A stretch of 64,000 bases of DNA from an archaeon (GTDB lineage Archaea > Iainarchaeota > Iainarchaeia > Iainarchaeales > JAAZKV01): contig DAOQRN010000002.1 of assembly GCA_035355675.1 (NCBI GenBank), positions 1,986 to 65,985 of the forward strand, read 5' to 3'. This document shows positions 9,611 through 18,393 of the stretch, in pieces. Numbering within the stretch: position 1 is the stretch's first letter; each line of letters opens with the position of its first letter. The notes beneath the pieces are model-generated. The model was given only the letters and a program-made list of their open reading frames with translations. It made no database searches and was not told the origin of the DNA. Position numbers and translations under genes: made by a program.

Positions 9611-10489
9611 TTATTCATAATAAGTTGATCCATCAAAAACTTCGATATCCTTTATTGTTGTTGTTAGAGTTTTAGTGTAAGTTGTTGAAGATGTTCCAGA
9701 TTTAGAATAATCAAATGCCAAAGTTATTGTTACGTTTTGTCCAACGGATTTATTTAATTCAAATCGAGGGTTGTTTCTTGGTTGGAGTGAAAGTAAAACT
9801 TGTTCATTTGGTGCGAGAATAACTTCAGTTGAACCTAATTGTGAGTAATTTTTAAAAAACAGCACTCCTTGCCAATTTATTGTGTTGATAAGTTGGGTTT
9901 CATTAAATTTTACTGTTGTTATTTGAACATTTTCATTAAATTTATTTTTTATTATTACATTAATTGTATCATCAAGTATTTTATCTGTGGCAGTAGTATC
10001 AGAATTATTTCTTCCATAATATTTAAAATCAGTTATTTCAAGTATCCCTTCTTCAATAAGTTCACTTACTTGTACTACTTCAGTATTTATTTTAAAACTT
10101 CCAATAGGAATAATGGTTGCTTTAATTATTCCTAACAATTTTTTGTTTGTCCAACTTTCTTGCCCTTTAATATGAGTATAACTCGTTTTTCCTTTTTTAT
10201 ATCTTAAGGTTGTTCCATTTCCAGCTTTTGGAAAAATAATATCTAAACTTGTTTCTTCAGGGATTGATAAATCCATTTGATAACTTTTTCCTTCTTCAAG
10301 TCTTACTCCAAGTAATCCACTTAATGGGTCTTTTATTGTGTCTACATTGTTTTTATCAGTGCTCTCTTGTCCTGTTGTTAGCACTCCTGTTAGTGCTATT
10401 ATTACTACTGCTACGACAAGTATTGCTGCACCAATTATTAGCAAGTACTCAATTGCTCCTTGTCCTTTTTTTTCAATCATGTTGTTCAC
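9611..10489 (-). CDS. Class III signal peptide (pilin-like) protein with large C-terminal domain
   Basis: KKGQ/GAIEYLLIIGAAILVVAVV N-terminus. Confidence 0.85.
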   Translation of the reverse strand: MNNMIEKKGQGAIEYLLIIGAAILVVAVVIIALTGVLTTGQESTDKNNVDTIKDPLSGLLGVRLEEGKSYQMDLSIPEETSLDIIFPKAGNGTTLRYKKGKTSYTHIKGQESWTNKKLLGIIKATIIPIGSFKINTEVVQVSELIEEGILEITDFKYYGRNNSDTTATDKILDDTINVIIKNKFNENVQITTVKFNETQLINTINWQGVLFFKNYSQLGSTEVILAPNEQVLLSLQPRNNPRFELNKSVGQNVTITLAFDYSKSGTSSTTYTKTLTTTIKDIEVFDGSTYYE

Positions 10490-10525
10490 TATTTAATTAT
10501 TTTTTCTATTTATATTCTTTTGTTT

Positions 10526-10825
10526 TTAGTTAGTTTCTCCAAATTTTTTTACTAGTCCGCATTCTTTACATTTTACAATAATGAATGGTTTTTCTTTTTT
10601 TATTTCAACATTTGTGTTTAAACATTTTTTACAGTATTTTGTTTTAAGTTCTTTTGGAATACTTACTTCGCATTTTTTACCAATTTTTGTAGCAATAGTT
10701 AAGTATCTTTTTTGTAATTCTTTGTCTTTTGTTTTTTCAGTAAGTTCAAATAGTTTGTATATTCTTTCAGTAGCTATTTTTTGGTAAGGTTTTAGTTTTT
10801 TTTCAAAATTTTTTTGTTTTTTCAT
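10526..10825 (-). CDS. rnp4: RNase P protein Rpp21
   Basis: IATERIYKLF..RY..IPKELKTKYCKKC..CKECG zinc ribbon. Confidence 0.88.
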   Translation of the reverse strand: MKKQKNFEKKLKPYQKIATERIYKLFELTEKTKDKELQKRYLTIATKIGKKCEVSIPKELKTKYCKKCLNTNVEIKKEKPFIIVKCKECGLVKKFGETN

Positions 10826-10875
10826 AATAATTAATAGAGTTAGAAGTTAATTAAAATTAGTGTTGTTGAGTTAAA

Positions 10876-10989
10876 TTTTAAGTGCGCCCGCGTTGTTTTG
10901 AACGTCGAGTTTCGGCACGACAAAGCGAAGCAATATCTTCGTCCTGTTAGGACTCAATATAGCGGTTTATTTTTTTAAGTGCGCCCGCG
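10876..10989. repeat. Direct duplication of the tRNA-Gly 3' end enclosing a GC-rich multi-hairpin segment
   Basis: TTTTAAGTGCGCCCGCG at 10876-10892 and 10973-10989; similarity continues imperfectly through the T-loop (TTTGAAC). Confidence 0.8.
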
Positions 10990-11050
10990 GGGATTTGAAC
11001 CCCGACAAAAAGCTTGGAAGGCTTTTATGCTACCATTACATCACGAACGC
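10980..11050 (-). tRNA. tRNA-Gly(TCC)
   Basis: GCGTTCG acceptor, AAAGC-CT TCC AA-GCTTT anticodon arm, GGTTCAAATCC T-arm. Confidence 0.95.
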
Positions 11051-11255
11051 TGTTTAATTTCGACTGGACGGTTTATTGATAACGTGGCGTTATTTTCAGT
11101 AACGCTTAGTGGCTTTGCCACTTTATTAAATATTTGTCCTTAAATTGCTTTTTTAAATCTTGGCTTTTTCATTTTTTTCTCAATTTTTTTTGAGTAAGGT
11201 TTTATTAAGTAGTTTCTACTTTCAATTTATTATATTATTTTTTGGGGTGATTTTA

Positions 11256-11891
11256 TTGGTAAATGGTTGTTTTATTGTTTTTGATGGGTTGCCTGGTTGT
11301 GGAAAGGGGACAATGATTAAGAGGGTTTTTGAGTATGTTTATGAAAAGAGCAAAAAGTATGACAATATTTTGATTACTGATGAACCCACTAATGGGCCAT
11401 ATGGGTTAAAGATTAGAGAAATGTTTTCAAAACAAAAATCTTCTGCTGATTTTGCTGACGAGTTATTTCAAGCATTTGTTGATGATAGGGCGTGGCATAT
11501 TGAGAATGTAATTAATCCTTGTCTTGAAAAAAATTTTGTTATTTTGTGTGATAGGTATAAGTATTCAAGTATAGTGTATCAAACTCTTCAAGGGAATGAT
11601 TTTGAAAAAGTTTTTGCAGCACATAAAGATTTTTTGGCACCAAATTTAGCTCTTATAATGGATGTTGATCCAGAAGTTGCTTATAATAGGATAAACAAAG
11701 CAAAAGAAGAAAAAAGAAAGGAGCAAAAAGATGGGTTTAGGGAACTTGAGTTTATTACAAATTTAAGAAAGGGTTTTTTGGAGTTGCCAAGTAAATTACC
11801 TAATGAAAATATTAAAATTATTGATGCAAACAAAAGCGTTGATAGTGTTTTTGAACAAATAAAACCTTTGTTAGATGAGGTTCTTTTCTGA
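11256..11891 (+). CDS. tmk: Thymidylate kinase
   Basis: FIVFDGLPGCGKGT, EPT, CDRYKYSSIVYQ; TTG start after GGTGA RBS. Confidence 0.92.
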   Translation: MVNGCFIVFDGLPGCGKGTMIKRVFEYVYEKSKKYDNILITDEPTNGPYGLKIREMFSKQKSSADFADELFQAFVDDRAWHIENVINPCLEKNFVILCDRYKYSSIVYQTLQGNDFEKVFAAHKDFLAPNLALIMDVDPEVAYNRINKAKEEKRKEQKDGFRELEFITNLRKGFLELPSKLPNENIKIIDANKSVDSVFEQIKPLLDEVLF

Positions 11892-11940
11892 AATAATTTT
11901 GTTTAGTAATATTTAAATTTAACAAAATCCTTAATTTTGT

Positions 11941-12846
11941 ATGGATTTTGATAGAATTGTTGATGCGGCTTGCAATTTTTTTTCTTTAAAGAAATTTTTT
12001 TGGTTTTTAACTCTATTTTGGTTAGCATTTCCAGTTCTAGTTTTTATTCCTTGGGCAATTAGTAAGAATTATTTTTCTTTAAACCTTGAACCGATAGTAG
12101 TTATTTTATTTTTTTCAATGTATTTTTGTTTATTAACTGGGTTGATTGTTTTACTTCAATATTTTTGTTTTAATAAAAAAATTAATTTTAATGTTTTCGA
12201 ATTAAAAAAAATACTATTAATTTTTCCTTTGGTTTTTATTGAATTGTTTTATGTTTTTGTTTGGAATCTTCATAAATCCTTAAGGTTCTCCCAAATTTTA
12301 TTGTTATTGGGAATTCCTTTGCTTAATTATTATTTAAATTTGAATCCAAATAATTTGATTAGATCTTTTTTTGTTATTTTTGTATTTTTTTATATTCTTA
12401 TGATTATTTATAATTCTGTAAGATTAATTTTTACTATTCCTATATTTTTTATTAAAAATGAATCTATTTTCCAGTCTCCAAAATCCTCTTGGGCTCTTAC
12501 TCATAATAAGTTTAACTCAGTTTTTATGGCATTATTTTTAATTTTTGGAGTTTTGCTTATTTTATTTTTGATTTGTTATATTATTTCTTCATTCTTTTTC
12601 CATATTGTTTTTAGTGTTATATTTTTGCCAAGAATTTCTTCTGAATTATCTATTGTTGCAGGCACCTTATTTGCTTTGGGCCCGGTGTTAGTTGCTTATT
12701 ATTCTTCATTTACTGAATTATTTGATCAATTGTTAAAGGATAATGAATCTTCAAATATTATTAAGAAAATTTTATCCAAAAAAGTTTTATCTACAAAAAG
12801 TAATAAGAAAAAAATTTTAAAAAAGAAATTAAAAAACAAAAAATAA
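11941..12846 (+). CDS. Polytopic membrane protein
   Basis: Several hydrophobic helices, basic tail. Confidence 0.7.
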   Translation: MDFDRIVDAACNFFSLKKFFWFLTLFWLAFPVLVFIPWAISKNYFSLNLEPIVVILFFSMYFCLLTGLIVLLQYFCFNKKINFNVFELKKILLIFPLVFIELFYVFVWNLHKSLRFSQILLLLGIPLLNYYLNLNPNNLIRSFFVIFVFFYILMIIYNSVRLIFTIPIFFIKNESIFQSPKSSWALTHNKFNSVFMALFLIFGVLLILFLICYIISSFFFHIVFSVIFLPRISSELSIVAGTLFALGPVLVAYYSSFTELFDQLLKDNESSNIIKKILSKKVLSTKSNKKKILKKKLKNKK

Positions 12847-12877
12847 TTTTTTATTAATTAATTTCTTTTTTATTTGT

Positions 12878-13102
12878 TTATCGTTTTCCAAAGCTTCCTG
12901 TCATTATTGATCCTACTGAAAGTATTGCTGCTGCAAGTACTGCCCAATTTGGATCTGGTGCTATTCCAAACACTAAATTACTTGACATACTTACAATGAA
13001 TAGTGTTGCTGTAAAAAACACTGTTGCAATTATTACTATAATTATTGATGTTAGTACTGTTCCCATCAAGAATCCGCCTATTACTGTTCCGACTATTCCC
13101 AT
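12878..13102 (-). CDS. Small membrane protein
   Basis: 74 aa, two or three TM segments, GGAG RBS. Confidence 0.7.
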   Translation of the reverse strand: MGIVGTVIGGFLMGTVLTSIIIVIIATVFFTATLFIVSMSSNLVFGIAPDPNWAVLAAAILSVGSIMTGSFGKR

Positions 13103-13129
13103 TGTTCATCAACTCCTTTTTTTATTGAG

Positions 13130-13201
13130 TGCGACCGCCGGGAATTGAACCCGGGCCCCGTCCTTGGCAAGGACGAATCATAACCACTAGACAACGATCG
13201 C
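13130..13201 (-). tRNA. tRNA-Gly(GCC)
   Basis: CGTCC-TT GCC AA-GGACG anticodon arm, GGTTCAATTCC T-arm. Confidence 0.96.
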
Positions 13202-13265
13202 TTTTAATGAATGTGTTTTAAATTTTAAGTTTGTTAAGTATTAATTTTCTTAGTTTTATTTAAAA

Positions 13266-14987
13266 TTATATGTATTGTTTTTTTGTTAAAAATAATCCAA
13301 AAATTATTATTGCTATTGCAGGGAGTAGTGCAAATAATATTATTTGAGGGTTTTCGATTATTGTTTTTGTAATGTCTTGGTTGTTTTCTTTTTTTGTATC
13401 TATTTTTTGAACTACAGTAGTTTCTTTTGGTTCTTCTTGTTTTTCTATGATTTGTGTTAGTGGGTAAAAGGTTTGTGTCACTTTTTCAGTTTTTGTTTCA
13501 ATAATTATTTCTTGTTTTTGTTGGTTATTTTCAATTTTTTTTCTAAAGTTTTGTTTTGTAAATGGGGATATTTTTTCAATCCAATAATAATTTTTATCAT
13601 TATTATTAACATTGATGTCGATATTGTTTTCTTTGCTGCTGTAATTTGTTGTTGTTATATCAATTAATATTTCTTTTTGAGTAGTTATTGGAGTGATGTC
13701 GTTTATGACAATTTTTTCATCATCTTTTTGATTTCCTTGGGTGATAGTTATTTCTTTTGAGTAGGGGTTTGATAAACTATTAAAAGTTATGTTTCCTTTT
13801 GCAAGTTCATTTAGTTTTAAATTTATTATTGGGTAAATTGAAAAAGTAATATTTCCTTTTTCTTTAGGGTTTAAAATAATTGATTTACTTTTGTCTTGAA
13901 TTAAAATTTCTTTGTAATTTTCTCTTATTGTTAATGGAACAATTATTTTCTTTTCAGTAAGATTTGTCACGTCTAAAATTATTTCATTCCATTGATTTGT
14001 TTTAACATCAGTATTTTTTGTTTCAATTTTTACTTCATTAAAATAATTAAAATCAATTATTTCTATTATTGGGAGGGTTTGTGTTTGAAAATTAACGCTA
14101 GTTGTTTTTGGGTACGTTGCTTTTGCAAGGGATTGAGTTATGTCTTTAAATGAACCGATTTTTATGTGTGTTCCATCTACAAATCCAATTTCTCTAAATG
14201 TTGGATCGCTTGGCACCCACCCTAAATCTTTATGGAATATTTCTATCCATGCGTGATTTCCCCATTCAATTCCATCAAAAGTGATTCCAATAATGATTCT
14301 TGTAGGAATATTTTTTGATCTTAGTATTGATGCCGCAAGGTTTGCAAATTCATCACACACTCCTTTTTTTTCAAGTAAGGTTTCTATAGCAGATTTTTGC
14401 AACAAATAATATGTTTTAAAATCATCTCCTGTTGCGTATTCAACATATTCATTTACCCAAAATATTGTTTTATTTATGGAATCTAAAAAACTTTCATTAA
14501 TTAACTTGTTTTTTGCAAGTGTAAGTATTTCTAGTGAGTTACTTTCAACTTTTTCACTATCTTTTGTAAATTCTGTTATTTTTTCATTATAATTAGATAT
14601 ATTATAATCTGTTATTTCATGAATTTGTGCACTTGTTTTTATTTTGGCAATTATTTTATAATTAAAGTCCCCGTTTTCTGTTATTGTGAATAGTGCGTAT
14701 TTATTATCAAATTCATCATAAGTGTAAATTGGTTTTATTTTATTTCCGTTTATTATTAATTCTTCATTTATTTCAAGTATTTTTTGATAGGGTGTTTCTT
14801 GAAAAGTTAGTGTTTGAAATTTAACTTCTTCTCCTTTCTCTAATTCACTTATTCTTCCATTTCCTCCCAAAGTTATTTGTAAAGTCATTTCTGAAATTGT
14901 AGTCGGATAAATATTTTGTGCATAAATCGTGGTTGTTAAAAAAATCAAAATTGTTAGTATTTTTAAAAAATTTTTTGTATGTTGCAT
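13266..14987 (-). CDS. Surface-anchored transglutaminase-like protein
   Basis: Signal peptide, GVCDEFA..HAWIEI..W..SDPT (Cys-His-Asp triad), C-terminal TM anchor. Confidence 0.88.
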   Translation of the reverse strand: MQHTKNFLKILTILIFLTTTIYAQNIYPTTISEMTLQITLGGNGRISELEKGEEVKFQTLTFQETPYQKILEINEELIINGNKIKPIYTYDEFDNKYALFTITENGDFNYKIIAKIKTSAQIHEITDYNISNYNEKITEFTKDSEKVESNSLEILTLAKNKLINESFLDSINKTIFWVNEYVEYATGDDFKTYYLLQKSAIETLLEKKGVCDEFANLAASILRSKNIPTRIIIGITFDGIEWGNHAWIEIFHKDLGWVPSDPTFREIGFVDGTHIKIGSFKDITQSLAKATYPKTTSVNFQTQTLPIIEIIDFNYFNEVKIETKNTDVKTNQWNEIILDVTNLTEKKIIVPLTIRENYKEILIQDKSKSIILNPKEKGNITFSIYPIINLKLNELAKGNITFNSLSNPYSKEITITQGNQKDDEKIVINDITPITTQKEILIDITTTNYSSKENNIDINVNNNDKNYYWIEKISPFTKQNFRKKIENNQQKQEIIIETKTEKVTQTFYPLTQIIEKQEEPKETTVVQKIDTKKENNQDITKTIIENPQIILFALLPAIAIIIFGLFLTKKQYI

Positions 14988-15034
14988 AGTTAATTGAAGT
15001 ATTTAGTGTATTTAAAATTAGTGTTAAAATTTAG

Positions 15035-15107
15035 TGGGCCCGGTCGGATTCGAACCGACGACTCTCACCTTGTAAGGGTGATGTCATAGCCGCTAGACCA
15101 CGAGCCC
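15035..15107 (-). tRNA. tRNA-Val(TAC)
   Basis: TCACC-CT TAC AA-GGTGA anticodon arm, GGTTCGAATCC T-arm. Confidence 0.96.
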
Positions 15108-15262
15108 ATTTACAAATTAAAAAGTGGTGGTGTGTTTTTTTAAACCTTAACTTTTCTTGACTTTTAACTATTTTTATCTTATTTTCGCTTTTTTCATAAT
15201 TTTTACTTGTTTTCTTCATTAAAAAGGTTTATATATTAGTTTTTTGTTTTTCTAGTAAGAGG

Positions 15263-15736
15263 GTGATTTCGTTGAAAAGGCTTTTTTTATTTAAGATTGG
15301 GGACTCGCATGTTGAGCTTCCTAAGTTAATTGGTGGCTTTTTGATAATAGTTGCAGTTTTAATGTTAGTAAAATCTGGGGCTGTGATGTTTGATTCTTGG
15401 CAATCAGTTAGGGATTTTGATAATTGTGTAATTGATGCAGTTAGTTATGCTGATGATGGCAGTATAAATCCAAGTATTGATTATTTGGTTTCTGAATTAA
15501 AGGTTCAAGAATGTAAAAATTCTTTGTATCAAATTACGGGTGCACAAATTCCGGGGGGAGTTTATAATTTAACTACTCGTCAGGCTTGGACTGCAGTTTT
15601 GGGTCCAATTGTTCAGTTTTTTATTTGGACAATAGTTTTGTTGTTTGCATTATTTTTGTTTAACAATAATTCAATAGTTGTTCCTATCGAGCAAGTGGAA
15701 TTACCAGTTAGAAGTTTTAGTAAAAAGAAAAAATAA
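15263..15736 (+). CDS. Two-TM membrane protein with Cys pair in loop
   Basis: Two hydrophobic helices, basic C-tail, TATA (TTTATATA) upstream. Confidence 0.7.
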   Translation: MISLKRLFLFKIGDSHVELPKLIGGFLIIVAVLMLVKSGAVMFDSWQSVRDFDNCVIDAVSYADDGSINPSIDYLVSELKVQECKNSLYQITGAQIPGGVYNLTTRQAWTAVLGPIVQFFIWTIVLLFALFLFNNNSIVVPIEQVELPVRSFSKKKK

Positions 15737-15752
15737 TTTTTTAAAAAAGTTT

Positions 15753-15774
15753 TGAAGGGGAATTTTCCCCTTCA
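15753..15774. terminator. Inverted repeat between convergent genes (possible bidirectional terminator)
   Basis: TGAAGGGGAA-TT-TTCCCCTTCA. Confidence 0.55.
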
Positions 15775-15785
15775 TTTCTAATTTT

Positions 15786-17183
15786 TTATTCTATTGTGTA
15801 TATTGATACTTTTTCATTTGGAGTAATATTTCCTTTTCTTACCCCTATTAGGTTTTTGATTCCTTTTTTTTCAGCAGTTTCTACTAGTCTGTTTGTTACT
15901 ATTCCATCAAAGAGGATTGTTGTTATTTTTTTCTTTGATTTGTCGATTGTTTCAAGTAGGTCTTTTACATCTACTTCTTTGATTTTCTTTTTCTTATCGT
16001 CTAATAGTTTTGCTTTTGATTTTCCTTTCATTTTTGAAAAATCTTTTTTTAGTTTCTCAAATTCTTTTGGTAGTTCTACTTTTTGTTCCGGTAGTTTTAT
16101 TGGTGTTTGTGCGTTTATTTGCGGTGCTCTATTGAAGTTGTTTTGTCCGAAAGGTTGTCTAAAGTTGTTACCAAATTGTGGTCTTTGTCCAAATGATCTT
16201 TGTCCATAACTTCCTCTTTGTCCGAAACTATTTTGTTGTCCAAATGGTCTTTGTCCAAATCTTTGGTTTGGTTGTCTATTGAATCCACTGTATCTTTGGT
16301 TTTGTCCTTGGAAGTTTCTTCCATATTGTGGTTGTGGATTAAATCCTTGTTGTGGGAAAGGAGTTGGTTTTGTTCCTGGAACATATTTTTGTTTTCTTTT
16401 TAATGCTTGTAGTATTTCTTTTTGTGTTAATTCTTCAACTTCTTTTCCGTCAGGTGCTTTTGCTACAAAATCTATTTTTGTTAGGGATCCTAGTTTTGCT
16501 ATGTTTAGTTCTCCGCCTCTGTCTCCATCAGCAAGTACTGTTACTGTTTTTTCATTACATAGTGTAATTAGTTCTGCAGTAATGTTTGCTCCGTTCATTG
16601 CGATAGCATTTTTGATTCCGTATCCAAGTAACTTCAAAACATCAGCTCTTCCTTCAACTACAATTATTTCTTTACTTGTGTTTACTTCAGGTCCTGCTGC
16701 TAGTCCTTCGTAGTTTATTATGTCGTCAGCTCTTGCATCTTCTTTTATGCCTTGAGCCATTTCGTCACTTTCTACTCCTTCAAATTTTTGCATGTGTTTT
16801 AGTAGTTCTTTTGCTCTTTCTGTTATTGTTTCTCTTTTTTCTTTTCTAGTATCAGTTATTTTTAGTACTCTTACTTTTGCTTCAAATGGTCCAACTTTTT
16901 CTACAGTTTCCATTGTTGCTGCTAGAATACTTGTTTTTACTTGGTCTAAGGAACTAGGTATTACTATTTGTCCGCTTGTTGTTCCTTTTCCTTTTATTAT
17001 TGTTACTTCTATTCGCCCTATTTTTCCATTTTGTTGTAGTTCTTTTAAGTCCATATCTTGTCCTAGTAATCCTTCGCTTTGTCCAAAGATTGCTCCTACA
17101 AGATCTGGTTTTTCTACTACTCCTTGTACTTCATAATTCGCTAATATTTCATACTTTATTGTGCTAATATATGTTTTAGCCAT
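15786..17183 (-). CDS. dnaG: Archaeal DnaG (TOPRIM, exosome-associated) with low-complexity insert
   Basis: GVVEKPDLVGAIFGQSEGLLG, IIVVEGRADV, DGDRGG, APDGKEVEEL, FDGIVTNRL. Confidence 0.95.
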   Translation of the reverse strand: MAKTYISTIKYEILANYEVQGVVEKPDLVGAIFGQSEGLLGQDMDLKELQQNGKIGRIEVTIIKGKGTTSGQIVIPSSLDQVKTSILAATMETVEKVGPFEAKVRVLKITDTRKEKRETITERAKELLKHMQKFEGVESDEMAQGIKEDARADDIINYEGLAAGPEVNTSKEIIVVEGRADVLKLLGYGIKNAIAMNGANITAELITLCNEKTVTVLADGDRGGELNIAKLGSLTKIDFVAKAPDGKEVEELTQKEILQALKRKQKYVPGTKPTPFPQQGFNPQPQYGRNFQGQNQRYSGFNRQPNQRFGQRPFGQQNSFGQRGSYGQRSFGQRPQFGNNFRQPFGQNNFNRAPQINAQTPIKLPEQKVELPKEFEKLKKDFSKMKGKSKAKLLDDKKKKIKEVDVKDLLETIDKSKKKITTILFDGIVTNRLVETAEKKGIKNLIGVRKGNITPNEKVSIYTIE

Positions 17184-17311
17184 AACTTTCACTTCTCCTT
17201 TTTTGTGAATATTTTTATTTTTTTTAAATGATTTTTTTCAAAAAAGTTTTTTTTGCTTTTTTTACTTTACCATTTTTTATTTTCTAAAGTGTTTTTTTAG
17301 AATTAGGTTTG

Positions 17312-17596
17312 TTAGCTTAAACTTGTTAGTTTTTCTTTTAACTTTTCACTATCAAGTTCTATGCTTACTATTTTTTGTTTACTTTTCAACCCTGACACTA
17401 TTAGTGTTTGGGCTTTAAATATCCGTGTTAATTCTTTCAAAATTTCTTTATTCGCTTTTCCTTTATCAGGAATGCAAGTGGTTTCAACATATAAGATACT
17501 GTCACTATCAACCCATTTCGCTTTAAATTCTTTTTTTCCTGTTGAAACATTTAATTTAATTTTTGTTTTGCTTAACACTAAACAAACCTTTTTCAC
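17312..17596 (-). CDS. DUF167/YggU family protein
   Basis: PDKGKANKEILKEL..IVSGLKSKQK. Confidence 0.8.
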   Translation of the reverse strand: MKKVCLVLSKTKIKLNVSTGKKEFKAKWVDSDSILYVETTCIPDKGKANKEILKELTRIFKAQTLIVSGLKSKQKIVSIELDSEKLKEKLTSLS

Positions 17597-17641
17597 ACTT
17601 TATAACAAAATTTATTAACTGGAAGGCATTTAAACCTTGTG

Positions 17642-17752
17642 ATGGAACCAAAATCTCGCGGCTTGTTCATTAATGGTAAGGCAAGAATTAGTGGTGTTTC
17701 TACTAATAAGAATGCAAGAATAGTGGATTTATTGAAGTTAAATAAAAAATGA
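17642..17752 (+). CDS. Possible 36-aa small basic protein upstream of hjc (not in ORF track)
   Basis: MEPKSRGLFINGKARISGVSTNKNARIVDLLKLNKK; fills the gap before hjc. Confidence 0.3.
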   Translation: MEPKSRGLFINGKARISGVSTNKNARIVDLLKLNKK

Positions 17753-17759
17753 TTAATTT

Positions 17760-18158
17760 TTGGTGATTTTTGTGGCTCATTATAATAAAGGTGCTAATGC
17801 TGAAAGGGAATTAATTAAAATTCTTGATAGTAAAGGTTTTGCAGTTCTTCGTGTTGCGGGTAGTGGAGTAAATCCTATTCCTTCTCCTGATGTTGTTGCA
17901 TTAAAATGTGGTAAAATTTTTGCAATTGAGTGTAAAGCATGGAAAGGAGATTATTTAGCAATTCCTGTAAAAAACATGGTTGATGAGATAAATTGGTCTA
18001 GTGTTGCAGGGGCTGAGTTTTTTATTGGGTGGAAAGTGCCTCACAGGGGTTGGTTCTTCTTAAAACCTGAACAATTCAGGGTAACAGAAAAAAATTATAT
18101 GGTTTCTCTAGAAGATGTTGAAAAGTTAGGTAAAAAACTAGAAGAAATATTTATCTAG
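17760..18158 (+). CDS. hjc: Holliday junction resolvase Hjc
   Basis: KGANAERELI..GFAVLRVAGSG..PDVVA..IECK. Confidence 0.93.
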   Translation: MVIFVAHYNKGANAERELIKILDSKGFAVLRVAGSGVNPIPSPDVVALKCGKIFAIECKAWKGDYLAIPVKNMVDEINWSSVAGAEFFIGWKVPHRGWFFLKPEQFRVTEKNYMVSLEDVEKLGKKLEEIFI

Positions 18159-18217
18159 TTTTGTCATTTTTTCTGATTTTGATTCATTTTTTAAAACCTC
18201 TTTTTTCTATTATTAGT

Positions 18218-18334
18218 ATGAGACTAGGGAATGATGATATAATTAGTGAACTAAAAGTTCGTTTAGAGAAAGAAAAATCTTTAAGCAAGAAAGTTCAAAT
18301 AAAACAAGTAATTGATTTAATAAAAAAACTTTAA
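18218..18334 (+). CDS. Possible 38-aa small protein (not in ORF track)
   Basis: MRLGNDDIISELKVRLEKEKSLSKKVQIKQVIDLIKKL; TTTTAAAA box ~25 nt upstream suggests a leaderless transcript. Confidence 0.45.
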   Translation: MRLGNDDIISELKVRLEKEKSLSKKVQIKQVIDLIKKL

Positions 18335-18393
18335 AATTTTTGAGTTTTATTAATTTTATTTTTTAGTAAAATAAAGATAATTTTATTTTTTTA

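Noticed and set aside
10930..10965. Hammerhead-like TGAGTCC..GGACGAA on the minus strand
   Set aside because: The core is not CUGAUGA/GAAA (it reads CTATATTGA/GAAG) and stems I/III are not evident; not called a ribozyme.
15031..15219. 62-aa ORF
   Set aside because: Overlaps tRNA-Val; spurious.
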